Virus record (IMG/VR): IMGVR_UViG_3300006752_000023
Direction: 5' to 3' (one strand)
Length of the DNA: 20,000 nt
Source: an uncultured virus (IMG/VR IMGVR_UViG_3300006752_000023)
Lineage: Duplodnaviria > Heunggongvirae > Uroviricota > Caudoviricetes
The notes beneath the pieces were generated by a model. The model had not been told where the DNA came from. It worked only from the letters and a program-made list of their open reading frames with translations, and searched no databases. The position numbers and the translations under genes were made by a program. This document shows positions 7,373-16,106 of the stretch, one piece after another. Positions within the stretch are counted from its first letter, which is position 1. Each line of letters begins with the position of its first letter.

Positions 7373-8818
7373 TCACATAAGGTTCTTAACAACAGTACGC
7401 TGGTAGTAGCGGTTGCTGTTGGAGGTGATACGACCAAGACCTTGTGCAGTGCCTTCAGCATAAGGGTTAGAAACAAGACCGTAACGGGTCTTGAATCCAA
7501 TTTTGGGCTGGAAGGTGTTTTCTCCAACGGCGCGAACCATCTGGAGGGGAACATAAGGACAGTAGAAGAGACCAGCATCATAAGGGGAAGAACCCTTATA
7601 GCCGACAACATAGTACTGGTTAGCAGCAGAGTTAGCAGCGAAAGGATCGATGAATACTCTGTACTTACCGTTAATAGTACCAGCGAAGGTGTTGCCAGTA
7701 TCGTCAACCTGAAGGTTTGCGTTCAGTGCAGGGGTGTAGTCAAGTACACCAGCCATGGTGAGTGCAGAAGCAACATCAGCAGATGTCATGATGATGTTAC
7801 CCTTCCCTCTACGAGTTCTTTGGGCGATTCTGTTAGCATCTCTTTCGATGTTAAACAGAAGACCTTTGAACTTCTCAACTGACCAACGACCGTTGGAGTC
7901 AACATCGAGATCGAAGAAACCAGCATTGGCAACATTTGCCTGTGAACCAGCTTCAGCAGTCTTATAGATGGTACGAATAACTTCGCGGTTAATTTCAGCA
8001 AGAATTTCGCTAGACAGGATGTTAGCGAGTTCTGCTTCAGCGTTAAGACCGTGGATAGCACGAAGGTCTTGTGCCAATTCCATGCTGTACTCTGCTTTCA
8101 GAGCGCGGGACTTAGCGGTGACCGTGACTTTCTCGATCGAGAATGCCATCTCGTTGAAGTCGCCGTTGCTGCCGTCTCCGAGTGCCTCAGAGTCGCCAGT
8201 TGCCATACCTTGACCCAGTGAATACTGAGCTTGTACAGCGTCGGAAGCAGCGCCTTCCAGGATTGCGGGGTTAGTACCACGCTGAGTTCCAGTAGAACCG
8301 AAACCAACAGTACCGTCGTCATCACCAGCAGCGGTGTAATCACCCTGAGTTGACTGACCAATGTTTGTGCCTGCCTTGTTAGCAGAGAATGCGGAATCAG
8401 GCTCGTTGAAGAACGACTCAGTACCAGACTGATTGGTGTAGCGTGAACGCATTGCGAAGATCAGTCCAGTAGGACCGTTCATCGGCTGAACGCCAGCGAG
8501 TTCATAAGCAACCAGATTCGGCATTGAGCGGCGAATCAGGCTGATCAGAACGGGATCGAAACCGGCGGTAGGACCAGCAGCAGTAGAACCGCCACTGAAA
8601 GCACCAGAGGCACCTACAGCGTTGCCACTGTTAGTAGGGGCAGCTTCTGAAAGCATACCATTGCCGTTTTCAAAAGCAGATTGCTCTTTGAGGAAACGCT
8701 CTTGGTTCTCAAGGAGAACAGCAGTTGTAGACCGGCGATGCGCGTCCTTAATAGGATCTACGCCTTCGGCGTCGAGAAGTGGACCCCACTTCTCCATTAA
8801 TGATTCTTGATTGTACAT
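7373..8818 (-). CDS. g23: Major capsid protein gp23
   Basis: Motifs GVQPMNGPTGLIFAMRSRY, KSRALKAEYS, GLFYCPYVPL and FQPKIGFKTRYG. Confidence 0.98.
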   Translation of the reverse strand: MYNQESLMEKWGPLLDAEGVDPIKDAHRRSTTAVLLENQERFLKEQSAFENGNGMLSEAAPTNSGNAVGASGAFSGGSTAAGPTAGFDPVLISLIRRSMPNLVAYELAGVQPMNGPTGLIFAMRSRYTNQSGTESFFNEPDSAFSANKAGTNIGQSTQGDYTAAGDDDGTVGFGSTGTQRGTNPAILEGAASDAVQAQYSLGQGMATGDSEALGDGSNGDFNEMAFSIEKVTVTAKSRALKAEYSMELAQDLRAIHGLNAEAELANILSSEILAEINREVIRTIYKTAEAGSQANVANAGFFDLDVDSNGRWSVEKFKGLLFNIERDANRIAQRTRRGKGNIIMTSADVASALTMAGVLDYTPALNANLQVDDTGNTFAGTINGKYRVFIDPFAANSAANQYYVVGYKGSSPYDAGLFYCPYVPLQMVRAVGENTFQPKIGFKTRYGLVSNPYAEGTAQGLGRITSNSNRYYQRTVVKNLM

Positions 8819-8849
8819 TAGATTTTTGTGTTTAAATTTGCGGAGTTGT

Positions 8850-9893
8850 TTACTTCATCCCAAGGGCTTTCAAATACTGGGTCATTGAAGCAGATGCCTC
8901 AACACCAGTCTCTGAGGTCACGCCCTCAGACAGTGTTTCCACTTTATTAGAAACTGACCTTTGCTCACTGGGGAAATACGATTCCTTCAGTGTAACCAGC
9001 TTCTCACGATAAGATTCTTCACCCTCAAACTCAACACCTTCAGACAGTGCGACCAGTTTTTCTCTTTGTGTAACAGCAAGTCCCTCGGTTACTTCACGGA
9101 AAATTCCATCAGCTGTAGATTCGCCAAGGCGCTTGTTAAGAAAAATGTTAGCTTCGATCTGTTCGTTAAGTCTGCCTTCCATTTCATCTAGCTTGGAGAC
9201 CATACTCTCCAAAACATCATATTTGTCGTCAGCGATTGTTACATAATGATCTTCAAATAGACTCTTCATTCCAGAAAGGAATGATTCAGTCATTTCGGTC
9301 TTAAGACCGTGCTCTACTTCGATCTTGTTCTCGGAGATCCACTCTTCTGAAACATACTCAAGGTATGCATCAACGCGCTCTACAAGCTCAGACTTTACAG
9401 TCTCAAGATGCTCAGTCAAAGATGCTTCATATTGTGCAGCCATTTCTTCTTGAACTTCAGTTACTTTAGCAGTAACTACAGCCTCAAAAATAGTGCGTGC
9501 TTTTACTTGAAACTCTTCAGAAAGTTCTTCACCACCAAAAAGGGCAGAAAGATCTTCTTCAATATCAACAGCAGGAGCTGCTGCTTCAGTGGACTCATCT
9601 TCAGCTACAACCTCTTGCTCACCTTCTACTTCGGCGGTATCGCCAGCAGAAAGACTTTGCATAGGCTCAGCAGCTTTAGCGCCACGAGTTACGACATCTT
9701 TAACAGTTTTAACTTTGGGTTCTGCGAGTTTCGCTGAATCATCGTCAGCCTTGTAGTTCTCGGGGGTAGGCCCACCAAGATCTTCTACAGCAGCTAAACC
9801 AGTTCCAGGATCAGACAACTTAGGCATAGCCTCAGCGCCTTTCGCACCCCTTGTTACGGGATTTTCCATTTCTTGTAATTCCTTAGCGGACAT
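8850..9893 (-). CDS. g22: Prohead core scaffold protein gp22
   Basis: Acidic coiled coil with LSEEF..KARTIFEA, VDAYLEYVSEEW and LKESYF; located between g21 and g23. Confidence 0.93.
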   Translation of the reverse strand: MSAKELQEMENPVTRGAKGAEAMPKLSDPGTGLAAVEDLGGPTPENYKADDDSAKLAEPKVKTVKDVVTRGAKAAEPMQSLSAGDTAEVEGEQEVVAEDESTEAAAPAVDIEEDLSALFGGEELSEEFQVKARTIFEAVVTAKVTEVQEEMAAQYEASLTEHLETVKSELVERVDAYLEYVSEEWISENKIEVEHGLKTEMTESFLSGMKSLFEDHYVTIADDKYDVLESMVSKLDEMEGRLNEQIEANIFLNKRLGESTADGIFREVTEGLAVTQREKLVALSEGVEFEGEESYREKLVTLKESYFPSEQRSVSNKVETLSEGVTSETGVEASASMTQYLKALGMK

Positions 9894-9938
9894 TGGTGAA
9901 CTCTCCGATTAGATCGATTTTTAGATATAATCTATATT

Positions 9939-9946
9939 TATTTATA
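9939..9946 (-). promoter_or_regulatory. Consensus T4 late promoter TATAAATA for g22-g23
   Basis: Exact TATAAATA just after the g21 stop, with a second overlapping TAAATA at 9935-9940. Confidence 0.8.
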
Positions 9947-9948
9947 AA

Positions 9949-10599
9949 TCAAAGACTTGACAGGAACTTGTTGAACAATGCCAACTTGTTCTCCTGCAAT
10001 GCTCTTTCATCTACTAGGGTATTAATTTGCTTGTATGTCTTCTCCACGAGTTTTTCGCGGACAATACTACCATCCATTACCCAATCTTTTCCTTCCATAA
10101 TTCCTGATACAAATGCATCAGGTGCGGAGGGGTCTGCTACAATATCAGCAGCAGTTGCAAGCATAAAATCGTTAGAAACGATCTTAATACCATTCTCATT
10201 TACTGCTAAAGTTCCAAGACCACGGGAAGAAACTCCCAACTTGACACCTTCATCGATAAGATTTTGTGCAATCTTACCCATAGGGGTGTTGAGAATTTTA
10301 GCCTTACCTACAAAATTAGTTCCCTCTTCTCTGAGAGATGTAATTTTATGAGATACGCGATCCAGGTTGAGTGTAGGTCCTTCAGGATGTCCAAGTTCTC
10401 CAAGAGCTCTGCCTTTACCGACAAAACTTTCGTTGTAACGACTGACTTCTCTGCGGAGAGTTTCCATAGGATACATCCGACCATTACGGTTCTGGATATC
10501 ACCCTGTAGGAAAACTCCCTCAATATACATTGATTTCACGCCCTTGCGCTCTTCAACGATAACTTCAACCTGTTCGATTTCTTCCGTGATGAGTTTCAT
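9949..10599 (-). CDS. g21: Prohead protease gp21 (start refined to MKLITEE, 216 aa)
   Basis: Motifs NRNGRMY, ALGELGHP, GVSSRGLG and DIVADPSAPDAFV. Confidence 0.96.
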   Translation of the reverse strand: MKLITEEIEQVEVIVEERKGVKSMYIEGVFLQGDIQNRNGRMYPMETLRREVSRYNESFVGKGRALGELGHPEGPTLNLDRVSHKITSLREEGTNFVGKAKILNTPMGKIAQNLIDEGVKLGVSSRGLGTLAVNENGIKIVSNDFMLATAADIVADPSAPDAFVSGIMEGKDWVMDGSIVREKLVEKTYKQINTLVDERALQENKLALFNKFLSSL

Positions 10600-10604
10600 T
10601 TTTT

Positions 10605-10874
10605 TTATGCGGTAAATCCTACTTTTGCACCAAGTACTGCTGCATCTGCAGCAAATACACAATGTGAATATTGTTTCTCAATAATTTCTACAGAATTACC
10701 TGGAAGAGTCATTGAACCTACAACAGATCCACTTTGAGTTTCTACTACAGTAACTAAATGTGCTTGATTGGAATCATTTACAAGTCTGACTGCAGATGCC
10801 TGAGAGAAACTAGTAGCAGTACCACTTGTTGTGGGCAGAGCTGCCTCTGCACCTTTTAGTAATGTTCTTGCCAT
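10605..10874 (-). CDS. Hypothetical protein in the head-assembly cluster
   Basis: 89 aa, TAATG-coupled to the upstream ORF and ending 5 nt before g21. Confidence 0.8.
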   Translation of the reverse strand: MARTLLKGAEAALPTTSGTATSFSQASAVRLVNDSNQAHLVTVVETQSGSVVGSMTLPGNSVEIIEKQYSHCVFAADAAVLGAKVGFTA

Positions 10875-11044
10875 TATTCTGAATCCTCAGTTTCTTGAGT
10901 GGGTTCTCCAAACAAAGATGCAGCAGAAGCTGGACGCATTACATCCACTCTAGTTGCAGCTTTCTGATAAAGGAGATCCTTGATCTTATCGCTGATATCC
11001 ACAGCCGACGAATCCGTCGCAATCATATTAACTAGTTCTTCCAT
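10874..11044 (-). CDS. Small acidic protein (56 aa) between g20 and g21; missed by the ORF track
   Basis: MEELVNMIATDSSAVDISDKIKDLLYQKAATRVDVMRPASAASLFGEPTQETEDSE, with an upstream late promoter and a TAATG overlap downstream. Occupies the position of T4 g67/g68. Confidence 0.8.
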   Translation of the reverse strand: MEELVNMIATDSSAVDISDKIKDLLYQKAATRVDVMRPASAASLFGEPTQETEDSE

Positions 11045-11068
11045 TGATATAAATCAGAGATATAAAGT

Positions 11069-11075
11069 TATTTAT
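11069..11075 (-). promoter_or_regulatory. Late promoter (ATAAATA)
   Basis: Overlaps the g20 stop, 24 nt before ATG 11044. Confidence 0.65.
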
Positions 11076-12733
11076 TAGATCTCCCCTTCTGATGCTTTTG
11101 GCAATTGAGGTTGCGGAGATTGACCTGGCAATGCATTAGGATCTTCTTGTCCCTGCATCATTGGGTCTCCTGCTTCCATCTCAAGCATTTGTTGATTAGG
11201 ATCAGGGAGAACTCCAGATGCAATTTCATCTTCAATTTGTTGATCAATTTCAACAATTTCTTGATCTCTTTGACGAAGAACTTGACGGCGAATATACTCA
11301 GTAGAGTAGTAACGACCAGCATAAGGTTCAATCATTGCAAGAAGTCCAAGACGACCTTCAAGTAATTCCTTATCCTTAAGTTCTGCAAAGTGATTATCAT
11401 ATAAAAAGTCAAACTGAATATGCTCAGACATTACTTCCCAATCTGAGGGAGTAATAACATTCTTAAGAAGTAACTGCGTCTTCAGCATATCCAGGAACAT
11501 GGCACTAAAACGCTTCCGCAGACGACCAACAAACTTACTAAATTTAAGTTCGTCTCTCAGGATCTCACTAGAACGACCAAGATTAAAACCATCACCAGAA
11601 CCAGCAATTCTAGATTCAGGTACACCTAAAGATCTGTAAAGTTTAGATTGGAAGTATTCAATATCAGCAAGTTCTCCTAGATTCTGACCACCAGGAAGTG
11701 TAGTAATTTCTGTACCACGACCACCCTCTCTTCTAGGAAGCCAGAAATCTTCTAGCATGCTCATCATTTTTTTGTCGTCACGAATCTCACCGCTGTTAGA
11801 ATCATACACCAACTTATTACGATACCGCATCATAACTTCACGAAGATATTGCTCCGCCTTTACCTTAGGAAGATTACCAACATCAATGTAAAAAATACGA
11901 CGCTCTGGTGCGCGTGACAACCTATAGATGACAAGAGAATCTTCAATCATACGGAGTTGATTGAGAGATTTAATTGCTTTATGAAGATATGAAAGTCCTG
12001 ATCCTTTGTTTCTATCTACAAGACCGGAAGTGCAATATGTAATTGCATCTTTTGTAATTTTAACTCCCTTCATTGCAAGACTACCACCAGGAGCTGCAAT
12101 ATTTGTTGGGTACTGAGGTTTAGGAGTATACATGAAATACTCTTCAATCTCAGGGAAAGCTACTCTTTGCTCTTCTCTTTCACCTCTACTTGTAAAAATA
12201 TCATTTCTATCGTTGGGTCCTTTCTTTTCTTTACGCACATAGCGCATTTTGAGAGGATCAATATACCTAAGTTCTTGAATACCTTCTTCAGGTTTTTGAA
12301 GATCAATTACTTTATTGTAATATAGTCTACCATCAACATACCAATTTCTAAAAATTTCATGGGACTTAACATCAAAATCTAGCAAGTCTTTGATATGTTT
12401 AAATTCTTTACGGATGATATTTTTAATACCATCACTAGCATGGAGATTCTCTAGATCAATCTCTACAGGAGAATCATTTTGATCAGAAACAATAGCTTCA
12501 TTGACAACATCTTCAATAGCATTATCCACCTCTGGGTGGAGTGACATTTCTCTATATCTTCTAATTAGTTCGTGTTCTGATTTGTAGATACCTTCAATAT
12601 CTACAACTTGACTAGAAAAACCCCCTTGGATATAATAATCAGCCCCACCCTCACCTGTGGTGGGAATGGGACTGACTATACCCTTGGGGGTTTTTTCGTT
12701 GTCATCAATAGAAAATCCGAAGAGTTTCGCCAT
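11075..12733 (-). CDS. g20: Portal vertex protein gp20
   Basis: Motifs IYRLSRAPERRIFYIDVGNLPK and EDFWLPRREGGRGTEITTLPGG. Confidence 0.98.
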   Translation of the reverse strand: MAKLFGFSIDDNEKTPKGIVSPIPTTGEGGADYYIQGGFSSQVVDIEGIYKSEHELIRRYREMSLHPEVDNAIEDVVNEAIVSDQNDSPVEIDLENLHASDGIKNIIRKEFKHIKDLLDFDVKSHEIFRNWYVDGRLYYNKVIDLQKPEEGIQELRYIDPLKMRYVRKEKKGPNDRNDIFTSRGEREEQRVAFPEIEEYFMYTPKPQYPTNIAAPGGSLAMKGVKITKDAITYCTSGLVDRNKGSGLSYLHKAIKSLNQLRMIEDSLVIYRLSRAPERRIFYIDVGNLPKVKAEQYLREVMMRYRNKLVYDSNSGEIRDDKKMMSMLEDFWLPRREGGRGTEITTLPGGQNLGELADIEYFQSKLYRSLGVPESRIAGSGDGFNLGRSSEILRDELKFSKFVGRLRKRFSAMFLDMLKTQLLLKNVITPSDWEVMSEHIQFDFLYDNHFAELKDKELLEGRLGLLAMIEPYAGRYYSTEYIRRQVLRQRDQEIVEIDQQIEDEIASGVLPDPNQQMLEMEAGDPMMQGQEDPNALPGQSPQPQLPKASEGEI

Positions 12734-12763
12734 TTTAAATATTTCGTCTTTGATATCAAAGAC

Positions 12764-12770
12764 TATTTAT
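12764..12770 (-). promoter_or_regulatory. Late promoter (ATAAATA) for g20
   Basis: Overlaps the g19 stop codon, 30 nt upstream of the g20 ATG. Confidence 0.65.
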
Positions 12771-13390
12771 CAAGCGACATCTCCACCGTTTCCAGCAGCT
12801 TCCCACCATTGTACTTGGAGAGTAACTGTAAATTCCTCAGTTTGATCTGAAGAATCGTATGACAGATCTAGTTGAGAAATGTTTGTTGGGAATACACTGT
12901 AGAACTTATATGTTCTGAGAACAGGTAAATTCTGATCAGATTCCTGAGAGTTAGGTGCTACTGAAGATCTACCAAGTTGGTTGACATATGCGTCTCTTGT
13001 ATAATCTTCTGGATTAGTAGTACCAGAATTATCAGATACTTTTGACATGGAGTTCATCCATCTCTCAAAAGAAGAGCGGAGAGCAAAGTCAGTATCATTG
13101 ATAACGGTGATTGTCCACTCATCAAATGTTCTGTCACCAGCAATTTTTAAAGTGCGACCTCTGAAAGGAACACTAATCGGTGCAATGTTTGATGCGGGAA
13201 GAGCAGCAGCTTTTACTAGAAATCTTGCCTTAGCGTCAAGATCATTTACTGAAGAGTCTACTACCCCATCAGGGAAAGCCAAGACCACTTCAAAAAGATT
13301 AGGTCTTGCAATACCGCCAGACAGTCTTGACTTAAATTTGTCAATTGTCCTGTCTGCGGTCTTTGGGGGATTTTGTTGGTTGATAGCCAT
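12770..13390 (-). CDS. g19: Tail tube protein gp19
   Basis: Motifs GGIARPNLFEV, FRGRTLKIAGDRTFDEWTITVIND and EEFTVTLQVQWW. Confidence 0.96.
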   Translation of the reverse strand: MAINQQNPPKTADRTIDKFKSRLSGGIARPNLFEVVLAFPDGVVDSSVNDLDAKARFLVKAAALPASNIAPISVPFRGRTLKIAGDRTFDEWTITVINDTDFALRSSFERWMNSMSKVSDNSGTTNPEDYTRDAYVNQLGRSSVAPNSQESDQNLPVLRTYKFYSVFPTNISQLDLSYDSSDQTEEFTVTLQVQWWEAAGNGGDVA

Positions 13391-13425
13391 TGGAATGTTT
13401 CTCCGTTGAGTTTATGGTAAGGCGA

Positions 13426-15792
13426 TCAAACTCGACCAATAACTTCTTCAAAACTGACGCCCGTGCGTGTAGCAACGAATGTCAGACCGATGAAGTTAAT
13501 CGACCTAGCAGGTTTGATGAAGATGTCAGCAACGAATTCGTTGTTATCAATCACCGCAGCGGTGTTGTTTGTCTCATCGCAAATTACGACAAAATCGGTA
13601 ACTCCTCTCTTAGATTGTACATCTCTGAGGAAAGGTTCGACAATGTTCAAGAAGTTGATTCTTGTAATTTCATCGTTGAATTCAAAAAGTTGATCTCTTG
13701 CAGCAGCTGAAATCGCTTTTTCTAGGAAGATGAACAAACGGCGAACATTAATTCTATCGAAAGCGGAAGACTTGCCTAGAGCAGTCTTGTCACCGAATAA
13801 AACAATACCAGCTCCAGGTGAGAAGATTACTGGGTTAACTCTTGCGGAGTATAACTTGTCTCTTTCTACCTGTGAAGGATTATACGCAAGTTTTACAGCG
13901 TTGAGGATTGCGCCTCTTGTAGTACCACCTGGAGAGAACCAGGGGAAATTGTTGATGTCATTTCTAGCGCATAAGCCAGCGATGTCACCATTGAGTGGAA
14001 CATAACGGAACGCTTTACTGAAGCGATCGTACATGTACTTGTAACCGCTATCAAGGATAGCGTAAGAAGATGAAGTGACTGAAGAGTAGAATGCAGTTAC
14101 TGCAGAAGTAACAGTATCTGATTTGAGTGTTAAGTCTTCACCATCTCCAGATGTTGCTAAGAAGGCACCTCTGTATGGAGATATGCATGCAACACAATCT
14201 TTTCTTAATTCTGCAACTGCAATCAATTTGTTTGCAAGTGCTTGAGAAGCTTCTTTACCGTGAGCAGCAGATCCCATAATCAGGAAATCTAACTCAAAGG
14301 CATCTTTATTAGAAAGAAGATCGTAACCAGCAGAAAGATCTCCTACGCTTACTTTAAGCGCATTTTCACTTGAAATTCCAGTTGCGCCGCTGTAGTTAAT
14401 TCCCTTTTCAAATGTTGCTTGATAGTTTCCGATAGAAGCAAAAGAAACATTCTCAGTGTCTTGATCCCATGCAACATCAGTCTTAGGATCAAAGTCTGCA
14501 TCCAGGTCTGTTGTTACAACACCTGCAGGAGCTCCACCACCAAATGCATACTGACTAGCAGTTTCAAGAAGTTTTCTCCAGTAAGAAGAAGAACCAGCAG
14601 AGTATGCGGAATCTTTTGCTTTAGATGCTGAGATATACTTCTCAAGAAGTGTGCCAGCATTGCCAGTAATTTTACCAGCGTCGTCAATTAAAGCAACATG
14701 AACTTCATCGTTTTTGGCGCTTCTGGCCGCGGCGAATGAAGAAGTACCGGGTCTATCTGCAAGGGAGTTCCAGGCAATAGTGCTTCCATTAGATAATGTA
14801 ATACTCTGGTTATCGAACCAATCAGTGGCACCAGTGTAATCGATGTTACCATCATATGCAGCAGCTGCAACCCAGCGAGCATCTCCACTAGTAATACCTG
14901 CACCAGTCAGAGCCGTGAAGAAATCACTAGATGCAAAACTAGAACCGTAAGAAACTGTTCCTGATACCCAACCAAGTTTAGAAGAACCTACAGTGGACTG
15001 AACATGTAGTGAGAATGAACCACTATTCTGGAATTCATAAACTCCACCAGGAGAATACTCAACAGAAGTTTCTGTCCCAGCAGAACTGACATGCGATACA
15101 AGCTTAACTGAAACTTGATCAGAACCAACTTCTGTGATTACACCCTTAAGGTATCCATCAAGCAGTGAAGTAGCGCCAACACCAGCAACAACTGTTCCAG
15201 AAGGTACTGCCTGAGTGATACCCAGACCTACAGTCAGATCAATATCTGAAATACCATTTTCGTATCCGGCAACAGCAGCAAGACCACCATTAGCAGTAGA
15301 CGAAAATCCAAGAATAGCAGAGGTATTAACACCTGTAATAATCTGATCTGCAAGACCGTCTAGGAGGGCAACCTTGATTCCATTTGCCCAGGAACCAGGG
15401 TTTCTAGCAGCAATAACGACACCACTAATGTTGTCCTCAGAATATCCTTTGTTAATATAATCGTCTACACTCTTAATAGTGACACTGTTAGCAGCGCCAA
15501 CAAAAGAGTTCTTGAGTCCTGTGTCGTTAGATCTAACGACTCTCAGTACGCCACCATATGCGAGATACGATGAAGCTGTCAACCAATACTCGTAGTGGTT
15601 GCTGTCCTTATATGGCGAACCGAATGTCTCAAGGAGATCCGCTTCGGTTTCAATAAGTGTGGGTTTCTCGACTGGTCCTTTCGCAAAGGGAGCTACGAGA
15701 CCTGCGGCCTTGGTAGATGTAGGATCTACTCTACCTTGGGTCAGGTCAACTTCCCTTACGACAATTCCAGGAGATGCTAGGTTAAGCGGCAT
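13426..15792 (-). CDS. g18: Tail sheath protein gp18
   Basis: N-terminal LASPGIVVREVDLT; C-terminal FDRINVRRLF and IKPARSINFIGLTFVATRTG. Confidence 0.97.
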   Translation of the reverse strand: MPLNLASPGIVVREVDLTQGRVDPTSTKAAGLVAPFAKGPVEKPTLIETEADLLETFGSPYKDSNHYEYWLTASSYLAYGGVLRVVRSNDTGLKNSFVGAANSVTIKSVDDYINKGYSEDNISGVVIAARNPGSWANGIKVALLDGLADQIITGVNTSAILGFSSTANGGLAAVAGYENGISDIDLTVGLGITQAVPSGTVVAGVGATSLLDGYLKGVITEVGSDQVSVKLVSHVSSAGTETSVEYSPGGVYEFQNSGSFSLHVQSTVGSSKLGWVSGTVSYGSSFASSDFFTALTGAGITSGDARWVAAAAYDGNIDYTGATDWFDNQSITLSNGSTIAWNSLADRPGTSSFAAARSAKNDEVHVALIDDAGKITGNAGTLLEKYISASKAKDSAYSAGSSSYWRKLLETASQYAFGGGAPAGVVTTDLDADFDPKTDVAWDQDTENVSFASIGNYQATFEKGINYSGATGISSENALKVSVGDLSAGYDLLSNKDAFELDFLIMGSAAHGKEASQALANKLIAVAELRKDCVACISPYRGAFLATSGDGEDLTLKSDTVTSAVTAFYSSVTSSSYAILDSGYKYMYDRFSKAFRYVPLNGDIAGLCARNDINNFPWFSPGGTTRGAILNAVKLAYNPSQVERDKLYSARVNPVIFSPGAGIVLFGDKTALGKSSAFDRINVRRLFIFLEKAISAAARDQLFEFNDEITRINFLNIVEPFLRDVQSKRGVTDFVVICDETNNTAAVIDNNEFVADIFIKPARSINFIGLTFVATRTGVSFEEVIGRV

Positions 15793-15829
15793 CTTTAACT
15801 CCCAATAGAATCCAATATTTGTCTATAGA

Positions 15830-15836
15830 TATTTAG
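15830..15836 (-). promoter_or_regulatory. Late promoter (CTAAATA) for g18
   Basis: 37 nt upstream of the g18 ATG, with a GGGAG RBS in between. Confidence 0.7.
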
Positions 15837-15875
15837 AGTTTGGACCTTTTTGAGTGGGGAAACTGCTTATGAACA

Positions 15876-16106
15876 CTACCAATCTGGATATGACCACATG
15901 GTTTTTTTATCCTTTTTCTTTCGACTCATAACAACTCTTTTCCCAGTGCAGATCTTACATTCATAGGAATATGCTGATGGTGAATCGCCTCTATCCTTAT
16001 GAGTACGATAAAAATCATTCATCAAATCTTTTGTCTTACCACAGGATCTACATTTTCTTTCTATAAGATATAAGTGACTTAACCCAAATTCGTCATCTAA
16101 CTCCAT
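15876..16106 (-). CDS. Small Zn-finger protein (CxxC...CxxC), 76 aa
   Basis: Start refined to ATG 16106 (TAATG overlap with the g17 stop); RKCRSCGKTK...FY...YECKIC, ending YPDW. Confidence 0.8.
   Translation of the reverse strand: MELDDEFGLSHLYLIERKCRSCGKTKDLMNDFYRTHKDRGDSPSAYSYECKICTGKRVVMSRKKKDKKTMWSYPDW

Noticed and set aside
7291..8810. Several alternative-frame and antisense ORFs over g23 (7291-7707, 7442-7882, 7755-7967, 7786-8061, 7968-8213, 8098-8361, 8622-8810)
   Set aside because: These are shadow ORFs from the GC-richer, strongly biased codon usage of the highly expressed capsid gene, with no recognisable motifs or expression signals.
10600..10662. Cys-rich N-terminal extension of gp21 in the ORF track
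   Set aside because: It overlaps the upstream gene; MKLITEE at 10599 is the typical gp21 start.
129..15808. Other + strand track ORFs (e.g. 129-350, 2190-2381, 4206-4436, 9893-10351, 13047-13409, 13390-13710)
   Set aside because: All lie antisense to well-supported core genes and show no protein-like motifs.
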